Positions 41,335-50,373 of a stretch of DNA of 64,000 bases are shown here, piece by piece. The stretch is from Sphingomonadaceae bacterium (GTDB lineage Bacteria; Pseudomonadota; Alphaproteobacteria; Sphingomonadales; Sphingomonadaceae): positions 29,424 to 93,423 of the forward strand of contig CANJUF010000006.1 of assembly GCA_947477745.1 (NCBI GenBank). Direction: 5' to 3'. The notes below the pieces were generated by a model that made no database searches, had not been told where the DNA came from, and worked only from the letters and a program-made list of their open reading frames with translations. The stretch's first letter is position 1. Each line of letters opens with the position of its first letter. The position numbers and the translations under genes were made by a program.

Positions 41335-42107
41335 GGCGCGATCCCCTCACCTTCGGCGATCGGCGCATCGGCGTGAAGGCGCGCGCGTTCGCGCAGTTCG
41401 GGGCTGCGTACAGTCCAGGTTGCGACCGGCAGGCCGCGCGCACGCTGAACGGCAGCGAACCGGCTCGGCAAGTCGCGGATGTCATAGGCCAGGAAATCCG
41501 GCCGCGCATGCCACAGCGCCAGATGGCGGCGCAGGTCGCCGCGAAACCCCTTAGCGCCCTCCTCGGTCACGACCAGACCGCGTACAGTTTCAGGACTGTG
41601 CCGCGCGAACCAGTGCGAGACGCGCGGATCGAAGCTCATTACCGCGTGGAGGCCGCGATAGGTTTCGAGCGCGGCGCGAACCAGGCTGCAGCTGCGTTCA
41701 ACGTCGTAGCCGCGCCTCGACTTGACCTCGATCAGCAGCGGAGCGCGCCCGGCAATCAGCTCCAGCAAATCCGAAAGTTCAGCCGGGCCTTCGTCGGTCC
41801 CCGGATAGCGCATGGCCTTCAATTCGCTGGCCGGAAAGGATTCGGTCCCGCCTTCGGCGACCAACAGGCGATTAAGATCCCAGTCGTGGAACACCATCGG
41901 ACGGTTGTCGAGGCTGCGCTGGATATCGCACTCGATCCCGAAACCGCGCTCAATCGCGCCGCGCGCCGCCGCCAGCGAATTTTCAGGAATACCAGGCCCG
42001 TGCAGTCCGCGATGGGCATAGGTCCATTGTCCGATCCAGTCGGCCCTGCCTGCCTTCGGCGCGGGAGCCCGCCAGCGGTCAATCAGTGCGAATAGCGACA
42101 ATCGCAT
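41331..42107 (-). CDS. Glycerophosphodiester phosphodiesterase family protein
   Basis: YAHRGLHG..ENSL, IECDIQ, VFHD, LIEVK. Confidence 0.9.
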   Translation of the reverse strand: MRLSLFALIDRWRAPAPKAGRADWIGQWTYAHRGLHGPGIPENSLAAARGAIERGFGIECDIQRSLDNRPMVFHDWDLNRLLVAEGGTESFPASELKAMRYPGTDEGPAELSDLLELIAGRAPLLIEVKSRRGYDVERSCSLVRAALETYRGLHAVMSFDPRVSHWFARHSPETVRGLVVTEEGAKGFRGDLRRHLALWHARPDFLAYDIRDLPSRFAAVQRARGLPVATWTVRSPELRERARLHADAPIAEGEGIAP

Positions 42108-42549
42108 CGATTTCGACCGCCGCGCCAAGCGGCAGGACGGGAACGCCCACCGCGCTGCGCGCGTGCTTTCCTGCTTCGCCAAACACGTGAGCCATCAGCT
42201 CCGACGCTCCGTTCGCGACCTTGGACTGATCGGTAAAATCGGCCGCCGATCTTACGAATGCGCCCAGCTTGACGATCCGCTCGATCCGCGAAAGTGAACC
42301 TAAAGCCGCCTTGAGCTGCGCCAGGATCATCAGACCGCAGGCCTGCGCGGCCTCGAATCCGGCCTCTAGCGATACATCTTCGCCCAGCCGCCCGGTGACA
42401 AGCTGACCCTGCACGAAAGGCAGCTGTCCCGAGACGTGCGCGAGCCCGCCCGCAATCACCACCGGTACATAGGCCGCGACGGGTGCTGCGGCCTCGGGCA
42501 GGGCCAGGCCCATTCCAGCGAGTTTCGCTTCGATTTCGGCATCGGTCAT
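42079..42549 (-). CDS. RidA family protein
   Basis: AAPVAAYVP, VSGQLP, KLGAFV, NGASEL, HARSAVGV..LP. Alternative start 42570. Confidence 0.92.
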   Translation of the reverse strand: MTDAEIEAKLAGMGLALPEAAAPVAAYVPVVIAGGLAHVSGQLPFVQGQLVTGRLGEDVSLEAGFEAAQACGLMILAQLKAALGSLSRIERIVKLGAFVRSAADFTDQSKVANGASELMAHVFGEAGKHARSAVGVPVLPLGAAVEIDAIVAIRTD

Positions 42550-42559
42550 TGGTTGATCC

Positions 42560-43192
42560 TCAGGCGTCATTTTCGCCGTGCAGCCGCCCGAGCAGCCACG
42601 GCAAGGCGTGTTCCCAGGTGTCGATCCGGGCGTGAGCGTGTCCCGCCACTAGCGCGCAGGAAATATGCGGAGCGATCCGCGGCGCGCCGCACAGGTGCAG
42701 CCGATCGACATGCGGCGCGATCTCGGCGACCGAGCCGTGATGCTGCGCCAGATCGTCTATGAACACCGCGCGGCTCGGCGCATATTCTTCGAGGATGGCC
42801 TGGAGCGCCGGTCCTTTTGGCCCCTGGTTGGTGAACACCCGCAAGTTGATGCCGTGGTCGGCAAGCTGCCGCGTGCGGCTTTCACGGTGCTGGTCCTGCA
42901 GGTTGGTGAGCACTACAACGTCGGCGTCCTGCGCGAGCAGTGCCATGGCCGAAACCGATCCTTCGATCGGAAACTGGCGGTGCATCTCGCTGTCGAAGAA
43001 GGCCTTGAGGTGCTTCCAGATGTCCGCGAGCTCGACGGGCTCACCTGTGCCGACCTGCTTCATCGAGCGGGCGAAATCGCCGCCGCTCATGTCGAAGCGG
43101 ATGCCGTGCGCTTCTTCGAGCCACTCGCCAAACGGGCCGACCATGTGGAGCAGCACCTCGTCGCAATCGGAGATTACCAGCGGTCTGCTCAT
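42560..43192 (-). CDS. HAD family hydrolase
   Basis: ISDCDEVL (DxD), VVLTN, FIDD. Confidence 0.85.
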   Translation of the reverse strand: MSRPLVISDCDEVLLHMVGPFGEWLEEAHGIRFDMSGGDFARSMKQVGTGEPVELADIWKHLKAFFDSEMHRQFPIEGSVSAMALLAQDADVVVLTNLQDQHRESRTRQLADHGINLRVFTNQGPKGPALQAILEEYAPSRAVFIDDLAQHHGSVAEIAPHVDRLHLCGAPRIAPHISCALVAGHAHARIDTWEHALPWLLGRLHGENDA

Positions 43193-43494
43193 GACATTAG
43201 TCTTTCTTTGACTGCGGCGAGCTGCCTCGGCTCGATGCCAAGCGCGTCAGCCGCCGCGACGAGGTCGGGCTCATGCGCGCAGAGGAATTCGACCACGGCA
43301 CCCAATACTGCCGGATCATCCAGCCCCCGGCGCAGCGCGTCCGGGGTCAACCCGGTAAGCGCGAGAAGGCGTTCCGCCCGGTCAGGCTGACCGAGGATCC
43401 AGCCAAGCGCCGCTAGCGCAAGCGCCTGAGGGTCGGTTGCCGGGGATGGCGCCTGGCTTTGAATTGTCAGTCTCGCTTTCAGGGCATAGAGCAC
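43189..43494 (-). CDS. DUF3572 domain protein
   Basis: LALAALGWIL...RLLALTGLTPDALR...EPDL; divergent from the divK-like gene. Confidence 0.85.
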   Translation of the reverse strand: MLYALKARLTIQSQAPSPATDPQALALAALGWILGQPDRAERLLALTGLTPDALRRGLDDPAVLGAVVEFLCAHEPDLVAAADALGIEPRQLAAVKERLMS

Positions 43495-43528
43495 ATGTCA
43501 CGGCCCAAGATGGTGTGCGGAACTGCGA

Positions 43529-43891
43529 ATGGCAAAGCGAATCCTGGTTGTCGAGGACAACGATCTCAACCGGAGGCTGTTTTGCGACGTTCTCACCAAC
43601 CAGGGCTTCGCGGTTGAGCCGGTTTCCGATGGCAATGAAGTGCTCGAAGCAGCGCGGCGATTCGTGCCCAATCTTATTATCATGGACATCCAGCTTCCCG
43701 GCGTATCGGGCCTTGAGCTGATCGAAGCGGCCAAGGCCGACAAGGTGCTGCGGGCTATCCCGGTGCTTGCCGTCACGGCTTAAGCCGGCAAGGGCGACGA
43801 AGAACGCATTCGCGATGCCGGGGCCGATGGCTACCTGTCAAAACCCGTCTCGATCGGGCCATTTATGGCCGCGGTGCAGTCGCTGCTCTGA
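43529..43891 (+). pseudogene. divK: DivK-like single-domain response regulator with internal TAA
   Basis: ILVVEDNDLN...IMDIQLP...AVTA*AGKGDEERIR..YLSKPVS. TAA at 43781-43783; frame continues to TGA at 43891. Confidence 0.85.
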
Positions 43892-43958
43892 CGCCGGCCT
43901 TGACAACGCCGCCCTCGCGCCTCTTTTGCGCCCCAATCCGTTTTTAGGAACCCCCACC

Positions 43959-44198
43959 ATGGACCGCTCAGAAGTCGACACCAGCATCCGCGCGCTGATC
44001 GAATCCTTCAACAAGAAGGGCATGGACATCAGCGATGCGACGCGATTTACCGATGATCTCGAATTCGACAGCCTGACGGTGATGGATTTCGTCGCCGCTA
44101 TCGAGGACGAGTTCGACATCATCATCTCGATGAACCTGCAGGCCGAGATCGAGACTTACGGCCAGCTTGTCGATGCAGTGGTGAAGCTGCTGGGATGA
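43959..44198 (+). CDS. Acyl carrier protein (spt-associated)
   Basis: DLEFDSLTVMDFVAAIEDEFDI; overlaps the spt start. Confidence 0.92.
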   Translation: MDRSEVDTSIRALIESFNKKGMDISDATRFTDDLEFDSLTVMDFVAAIEDEFDIIISMNLQAEIETYGQLVDAVVKLLG

Positions 44199-45394
44199 CC
44201 GATCTCTTCTCGAAATTCGACGACATCATCGAGATGCGCCGCGCGCTGCTTGCGTCGGGCGTGGAGGATCCCTTCAGCCTGGTGATGGAGCGGGTGCTCT
44301 CGCCCACCGTGGCAGTGTGTAACGGGCGTGAAACGATCTTGGTCGGCACTTACAATTACATGGGAATGACCTTCGATCCCGACGTGATCGCGGCGGGCAA
44401 GGAAGCCCTCGACCTGTACGGTTCGGGCACAACTGGCAGCCGGGTGCTCAACGGCACGTATTCCGGGCACCGCGAGGTCGAGCAGGCCCTGCGCGAATTT
44501 TATGCCATGGATCACGCCATGGTGTTCTCGACCGGCTACCAGGCCAACCTCGGCATCATCAGCACGATTGCCGGCAAGGGCGATTACATCGTGCTCGACA
44601 TCGATAGCCATGCCTCGATCTGGGATGGCTGCAAGTTGGGCGACGCCGAAGTCGTGCCCTTCAAGCACAATGACATCGAGGCGATGGAAAAACGCCTCAA
44701 ACGCATTCCCGAAGACGCGGGCAAGCTGGTCATTCTCGAAGGCGTCTATTCGATGATGGGCGACATCGCCCCGCTCAAGGAAATGATCGCCATCGCCAAG
44801 GCGAACGGGGCTATGGTGCTCGTCGACGAGGCGCATTCGATGGGCTTTATCGGACCCAACGGGCGCGGCGTCGCAGAGGACCAGGGCGTGCTCGACCAGG
44901 TCGATTTCGTGATCGGCACCTTTTCGAAGAGCGTCGGCACGGTCGGCGGCTTTTGCGTTTCCAACCACCCCAAGTTCGAGGTGATGCGGCTGGTCTGCCG
45001 CCCCTATGTGTTCACCGCGAGCCTGCCGCCCAGCGTCGTGGCCACGGCGGCAACCTCGATCCGCAAGCTGATGCACGGCCACAACAAGCGCCAGCACCTG
45101 TGGGAAAATTCACGCACGCTTCACGCCGGGATCAAGGCGCTCGGCTTCAAGCTCGGCACCCAGACCCCGCAAAGCGCGATCATCGCGGTGATCATGCCCG
45201 ATCTCGAGCGCGGCGCGGCGATGTGGGAGGCTCTGCTCCACGAAGGGCTCTACGTGAACCTGGCGAGGCCGCCCGCGACCCCTGCGAACATGACGCTGCT
45301 GCGCTGCTCGCTCTGCGCCGAGCATACCGCCGATCAGGTCGAGCGCATCATCGGCATATTCGAGCGCGCGGGCAAGGCGGCCGGGATTATCTGA
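44195..45394 (+). CDS. spt: Serine palmitoyltransferase
   Basis: GTYNYMG, GSRVLNG, EGVYSM, DEAHSMG, GTFSKSVG; acp-spt synteny. Confidence 0.92.
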   Translation: MTDLFSKFDDIIEMRRALLASGVEDPFSLVMERVLSPTVAVCNGRETILVGTYNYMGMTFDPDVIAAGKEALDLYGSGTTGSRVLNGTYSGHREVEQALREFYAMDHAMVFSTGYQANLGIISTIAGKGDYIVLDIDSHASIWDGCKLGDAEVVPFKHNDIEAMEKRLKRIPEDAGKLVILEGVYSMMGDIAPLKEMIAIAKANGAMVLVDEAHSMGFIGPNGRGVAEDQGVLDQVDFVIGTFSKSVGTVGGFCVSNHPKFEVMRLVCRPYVFTASLPPSVVATAATSIRKLMHGHNKRQHLWENSRTLHAGIKALGFKLGTQTPQSAIIAVIMPDLERGAAMWEALLHEGLYVNLARPPATPANMTLLRCSLCAEHTADQVERIIGIFERAGKAAGII

Positions 45395-45403
45395 GTCCCT
45401 GCT

Positions 45404-46039
45404 TCACGCCGGCAGCTCGGCCGCGGATGCGCATTTCTGGCTGGTTTCCTCGCCCTCTCCGCCAAGCAGCGTGACGGCCGCAAATCCAGAAATCACGATC
45501 GCGACGAAAGCTGCCGTCACCTTGCCGAGGTGCTTGTCGATCACCGCCTTGATCGGCGCGCCGAACAGGCGGAACAGCACGCCCACGATCAGGAAGCTGA
45601 TCGAACGCGAAACCACGCTGCCGAGCAGGAAGGTGCCGAGCGGCATCGCCATGAAACCGGCAGTGATGGTCAAGAGCTTGAACGGAATTGGCGTGGCGCC
45701 CTTGGCGACGAACAGCCAGAATCCGTATTCGCGCAGATAGCAGACCGCCGCCGGGAAGCTTTCGGCAAGCCCTAGCGCGCGCAGAAGAGCCGTGCCGAAG
45801 GCCTCGTAGGCGTAATGGCCGATAGCATAGCCAAGCATACCGCCCGCGACCGAGGCCAGCGTGGCGATCACGGCAAAACGCAGCGCCTTCTTTGGTTCGG
45901 CCAGGCACATCAGGCCAAGCAGGGGATGCGGCGGGACCGGAAAAAAGCTCGCTTCCATGAAACAGAACGCCGCCAGCCACCACTGCGCGTGCCGGTGCGC
46001 CGCCTTGTCCATGGTCCATTCGTAAATGCGGCGAAGCAT
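45404..46039 (-). CDS. YqaA/DedA family membrane protein
   Basis: FMEASFFPVPP, ATLASVAGG, GATPIPFK. Confidence 0.9.
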   Translation of the reverse strand: MLRRIYEWTMDKAAHRHAQWWLAAFCFMEASFFPVPPHPLLGLMCLAEPKKALRFAVIATLASVAGGMLGYAIGHYAYEAFGTALLRALGLAESFPAAVCYLREYGFWLFVAKGATPIPFKLLTITAGFMAMPLGTFLLGSVVSRSISFLIVGVLFRLFGAPIKAVIDKHLGKVTAAFVAIVISGFAAVTLLGGEGEETSQKCASAAELPA

Positions 46040-46141
46040 GGGCGGTTCTTTCTGCGCGGGCTTGCGGGCTAATAGGTTGAGGTCCGCACCGGGACAAGGG
46101 CGCTCCGCACGCTGCCCACAACACCAACGCGCGGGGATATT

Positions 46142-46200
46142 TAACCAGATTGGTTATTATTTCTTGACATCGTCACGCTGTTTCGGTACATACAGGGAAC
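46142..46200 (+). promoter_or_regulatory. Putative sigma70 promoter of the GTA locus with LexA-like and CtrA-half-site-like motifs
   Basis: TTGACA 46164, 17-nt spacer, TACATA 46187; GTAC-N7-GAAC at 46186-46200; TAACCA-N3-TGGTTA palindrome at 46142-46156. Confidence 0.45.
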
Positions 46201-46263
46201 ATCGCGATATACCGATTCGCCTCGCCGGGGCAATTGGCCCCCACCTTTCATGGAAAGCCGCAA

Positions 46264-46740
46264 ATGACCAAGCCGATCAGGCGTGGCCGCAACCTGGTTG
46301 TGCGCCCGACGCCCCGGAACAACACCCGCTGGCGGGAAGTCTTTCTTGAGAAACTTGCAGAAACCTCGAATGTCTCGCTTTCCGCCGAATGGGCGAGCAT
46401 CTCGACCGCGCAGGTCTATGCGTCCCGCCGCTGCGAGCCTGAATTTGCGCGCAAATGGACAGCCGCCCTGTGCGAAGGCTACGACAATCTCGAAATGGAT
46501 GTCCTGCGCCGCCTGCGCACCGGCGATTCCAAGGACCTGGACGGCAACAAGTTCGATTTCGGCGCGGCGCTGCGCATCCTCGCCGCGCACCGTGAAAGCG
46601 CCGCACGCGAAAGGGCAATCCGCGACAACGAGGACGCCGACGCCATCATTGCCGAAATCGACGCGCAGTTCGACCAGATGCGCACTCGCGCCAAGGCGGC
46701 CGAGCGACTGGCGACGACGGACGACGATGTCACGCCGTAG
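46264..46740 (+). CDS. Putative GTA small terminase subunit
   Basis: WREVFLEKLAETSNV...FARKW..ALCEGYDNLE; lies directly upstream of the large terminase. Confidence 0.7.
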   Translation: MTKPIRRGRNLVVRPTPRNNTRWREVFLEKLAETSNVSLSAEWASISTAQVYASRRCEPEFARKWTAALCEGYDNLEMDVLRRLRTGDSKDLDGNKFDFGAALRILAAHRESAARERAIRDNEDADAIIAEIDAQFDQMRTRAKAAERLATTDDDVTP

Positions 46741-47185
46741 CGAGCGCCTTGAATGGCTGCTTTCGCTCGAACCCGAGGAACGTCATGCCCGCCTTCGCAA
46801 GCTTAAGGAAAGCGGCAAGCGCAAACTGCGCTTTCACTGGCGGCTGTGGGCGCATACCGAGCAGTTGCCGCCGCCCGGCGACTGGTCGACATGGTTGATC
46901 ATGGCAGGGCGCGGCTTCGGCAAGACCCGCGCCGGGGCCGAATGGATGCGCGAAATTGCCGATCACGATCCCGATGCGCGCATCGCATTGGTCGGCGCAA
47001 CGCACAATGAAGTGCGCGCGGTGATGGTCGAAGGCGAAAGCGGCCTGCTTTCGATCACGCCGCGCGGCCGCCGCCCGCGTTTCGAAACCACGCTGCGGCG
47101 GCTGACATGGCCCAACGGCGCGATAGCGACGATTTATTCGGCAGGCGAGCCGGAGAGCTTGCGCGGTCCGCAGCACAGCCATGCT
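46727..47185 (+). pseudogene. GTA/phage large terminase, N-terminal fragment only
   Basis: WLIMAGRGFGKTRAGAEW (Walker A), VEGESGLL, WPNG, EPESLRGPQHSHA, then homology stops before the expected WxDE Walker B. Confidence 0.85.
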
Positions 47186-47585
47186 CGCCGGCCAGGCTCA
47201 GAAGGAAGCCTGGGTAAACGAAGCTTTTGCACGCATCGATGGCCTGCTTCATTGCAGCGTCGAGGGCGAACGCGCCGATCCGCCGCCTTCGCCCGCCAAT
47301 GGCGAGGCGTGGGTCATTGCGACCGGGGCGACCGGCGCCTGGGCTGGCAAGGACGCGATGATCGCGGCGCGGCAGGCCGACAACTGGCTCTACATCGAAG
47401 GCAAGGACGGCATGCGCCTGTACGACAAATCAACCGGACAAGAGCGTCTGTTTGCAACGACGTGGGTAACGCCCGTGATACCGATGGAACCAACCGGAGG
47501 CTCAGTGGTTGATGTCGAGGCACGGGCAGTTCTCGCCGAACTGATCCTGGCACTGCGGGTTTCGGGAGTTTTTCCAAGACCTTGA
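47181..47585 (+). pseudogene. DUF2793 domain protein, probably N-terminally truncated
   Basis: AGQAQKE..VNEAFARID, PPPSPANGEAW, GAWAG, G.VVDVEARA. Confidence 0.75.
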
Positions 47586-47774
47586 CCTGGGCAGTGGCGG
47601 GATTGGCAAATCGAGAGAGGATATCCAAGTACCCGTGTGACAACTCAGGGGCCACCGGCAGACGAAAGCGACATTCTTGCAACAGTCTACGGCAAAGTGC
47701 GCTTGCGCGAGCCTGCCAGAGTCGGTAGAGAAAAGCCGCACTCGGTGGCTAAGTCTCTTTTTAGGGGAAGAGTA

Positions 47775-48608
47775 ATGCGAAAACTCGTCATAGGATTGGC
47801 TCTGGCTTCTACTGCCTTTGCAACTCCTGCCATGGCCCGCGATGACGCCTGGTACGTCGAACTCGATTTTGGCCCGATGATTGTTGAGGATGCCGATTTC
47901 GATATTGGCACCTTTGATAATGCTGCGACGCTCGATTCCGAATACGGCGGCGATGGCGGCTTCATTGTTGGCTACGATTTTGGCGGTTTCCGGCTTGAAG
48001 CCGAAGCGAGCTATCGCAAGGCAGATAACGACGCTTTGGACACTCTCGGCGCTGTCGCTCTCCCCATTGGCGGAGTTGGCAACCGGGTGATCGGAAGCTT
48101 CGGTAATGTTGGCGGCGATGCCAGCGCGCTTTCGTTCATGCTGAACGGCTTGCTCGATTTCGGCGACGATGATGGTCTTCAGGCATTCATAGGCGGCGGT
48201 GCGGGTATCTCGCGCGTCGATTATGATGTCAGCCTCGGCGGCGGAACGCCTCAGTTCCTTGATTCGTCCGATAGTTCGTTTGCTTGGCAGGTTCTTGCAG
48301 GCGTTCGCGCACCGCTTACCGAAAATATCGATGCCGGCATCAAGTACCGCTTCCACAACGTCCCCGATGTTGGGCTGGTCGATGGCTTGGCGCGCGATGT
48401 CGATACGCGTTGGCGCTCGCACAGTGCGATGGGCACGTTGACCTACAACTTTGGTGCACCGCCGCCTCCGCCGCCCCCGCCTCCGCCGCCTCCGCCGCCT
48501 CCGCCGCCGCCGCAGACGATGACCTGCCCGGATGGCACAGTCGTTGGCATGAACGAGACGTGTCCGATGCCGCCGCCACCGCCGCCGCCGGCGCCGGAAC
48601 GCGGTTAA
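47775..48608 (+). CDS. OmpA-like outer-membrane beta-barrel protein with polyproline tail
   Basis: Signal peptide, GYDFGGFRLEAE, FAWQVLAGVR, YNFG, poly-Pro, CPDG..CP, PERG. Confidence 0.88.
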   Translation: MRKLVIGLALASTAFATPAMARDDAWYVELDFGPMIVEDADFDIGTFDNAATLDSEYGGDGGFIVGYDFGGFRLEAEASYRKADNDALDTLGAVALPIGGVGNRVIGSFGNVGGDASALSFMLNGLLDFGDDDGLQAFIGGGAGISRVDYDVSLGGGTPQFLDSSDSSFAWQVLAGVRAPLTENIDAGIKYRFHNVPDVGLVDGLARDVDTRWRSHSAMGTLTYNFGAPPPPPPPPPPPPPPPPPPQTMTCPDGTVVGMNETCPMPPPPPPPAPERG

Positions 48609-48634
48609 GACACAGCGATCGCATCGGCAATGCG

Positions 48635-48673
48635 AAAGGGCAGGAACGCACAGCGTTCCTGCCCTTTTCTTTT
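48635..48673 (+). terminator. Rho-independent terminator
   Basis: AAAGGGCAGGAACGC-ACA-GCGTTCCTGCCCTTT followed by TCTTTT. Confidence 0.85.
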
Positions 48674-48787
48674 GACGCGTTGCGCACAATCTCAAGTGAT
48701 GGCTAGTGACGCAGGGACACGCAGATGCGCAAGTACGCCAGTTCTATTGCTGGCGAACTGCACTGATACTGGCTGAAATTGCGGTTA

Positions 48788-50137
48788 TCAGCGGGCCGCG
48801 CTGGCTGCCGACCCGAGCGGCTTGAACTTACCCCCTGCATCCCAACCGTAGATATCATTGAGAAACGCAATCTTGCCGTTGCTCTCCGTGGCGGTGAGAT
48901 AGGTGATGTAGACAGGCACGCCAACCGGGAGCTGGACGAATTGCTCTGGCGTAGCCGAGGGGGCCACGGGCTCGCGCTTGAGCAGCCACTTCCCGAACCG
49001 GCGCGCGTCTTCCAGCCTGACGCAGCCATTGCTCAGCGTGCGCAAAGGCTTGGCGAAATATTCCTTGGTCGGTGTATCGTGGAGGAATATGCCTTCCCCG
49101 TTTTCGAACGAGAACTTTATCTTGCCCATCGAATTACCGGCATTGGGCATTTGACGGACGCGCACCCGCAAATTGCCAGAGGCAACAGCCGCCCAATCGA
49201 CCGTAGTTGGCGCAACGGCGGTCGCATCAGCCGCCCAACTCGTCATGACCTGATAGCCTCGGGCGGTGAGATAGGACATACCAGTCTTGAGGACATTTGG
49301 CGCCACGGTCTTGCGAACCAGATGTTCGGGCACGTTCCAGTAGGGATTAAAGGTCGCGTAATAGATTACGCTGGAGATCATCGGAGTGGGCAGGTCTTGC
49401 ATCCCGACGACTACCTTCATCGAATCGACCGGCTGGTTGTTTTCGTACATCGTCAGCGTCTGGTTCGCGATGTTGACGAGCGCAAAGCGCTCGGTCCGCG
49501 GCATCGAGCGCAGACGGTCGAGGTTCATAACCACCCGGCGATCGGGTATTGCAGCGGGAGTGCCGCCTAGCTGTGTCCAGGCGGAATCGCGCAGTTGATT
49601 GTAGATCAGATTGACTGAAGCAGCTGCATCGAGATGCTGAGCAAGCGAAGGAGCCGCGGCCGCCGCTGACAAGACTCTTTCCACCGGCGTTGGCCTTGGG
49701 GTCATCGACGGATAACCGAAGATAACGTCAGACGACGGCCGCTGGATAGTCTCCAGATAGGTCACCCAGATCGCCGACAGCAATTGCTCTGCAGCGCCGC
49801 GCTGCGCGGGGTCCTGCGATTTGGCAGTCAATGCCGCGCTTTCGATCTCAAGCGCCAGACTGGGCCCTTGCGACAAACCCTCGAGTTGCGCCCGGCGCAT
49901 TATCATCGCCAGACGCGCGGCCGCTGCGCCATCATCCTTGAACCAGTCCGGGCCGCGATAGCGCCGGTAGTAGGCGTGAACTGCAGTGCCTTGCGCGAAA
50001 CCGGCAAGCCGGGGGTTCATGACATCGGCACGGGCGGCCGCCGCTTCCCGTTCCTTTTCCTTCTTGCTCTTGGCTATGGCCGGCCCGGAAGCTGTCAACA
50101 CCGCCGCGGCAATGGCAAGCGATGCCGTTCGGTACAT
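48788..50137 (-). CDS. L,D-transpeptidase (YcbB/LdtD-like)
   Basis: VNIA, MKVVVG, FNPYWNVP, N.MGKIKF, IFLHDTP, SNGCVRL. Confidence 0.92.
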   Translation of the reverse strand: MYRTASLAIAAAVLTASGPAIAKSKKEKEREAAAARADVMNPRLAGFAQGTAVHAYYRRYRGPDWFKDDGAAAARLAMIMRRAQLEGLSQGPSLALEIESAALTAKSQDPAQRGAAEQLLSAIWVTYLETIQRPSSDVIFGYPSMTPRPTPVERVLSAAAAAPSLAQHLDAAASVNLIYNQLRDSAWTQLGGTPAAIPDRRVVMNLDRLRSMPRTERFALVNIANQTLTMYENNQPVDSMKVVVGMQDLPTPMISSVIYYATFNPYWNVPEHLVRKTVAPNVLKTGMSYLTARGYQVMTSWAADATAVAPTTVDWAAVASGNLRVRVRQMPNAGNSMGKIKFSFENGEGIFLHDTPTKEYFAKPLRTLSNGCVRLEDARRFGKWLLKREPVAPSATPEQFVQLPVGVPVYITYLTATESNGKIAFLNDIYGWDAGGKFKPLGSAASAAR

Positions 50138-50373
50138 GCGGTTGCTGATCACCTTTTGAAACTCCGTAGGATTGATATCGCGGCTATTAGTGCTCGCGCC
50201 CTGAGCGCAGCCTGAATTCATATTCGATTTACACTGGCGTCGAAAAGCCGAAAACTGCAGGGTAAAGCGCCGCGAAACTCGGTTCATCTCCATATCGACT
50301 CGCTTCACCGAAGTGGCTTCTGTTCGACAAGCGTTCCGGTCCATCGGCTGAACCAGCTCATTTTCGCCTTTCA

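Noticed and set aside
46283-47512. 409-aa ORF as a full-length terminase
   Set aside because: Only 46727-47185 is terminase-like; the rest is read-through into an off-frame of DUF2793
48459-48595. CCG tandem repeats as a VNTR or CRISPR array
   Set aside because: They encode the polyproline tail of the OMP; there is no repeat-spacer structure
47600-50350. Slightly lower GC as a sign of horizontal transfer
   Set aside because: Consistent with the T-ending codon bias of a highly expressed OMP; no integrase, tRNA or flanking repeats
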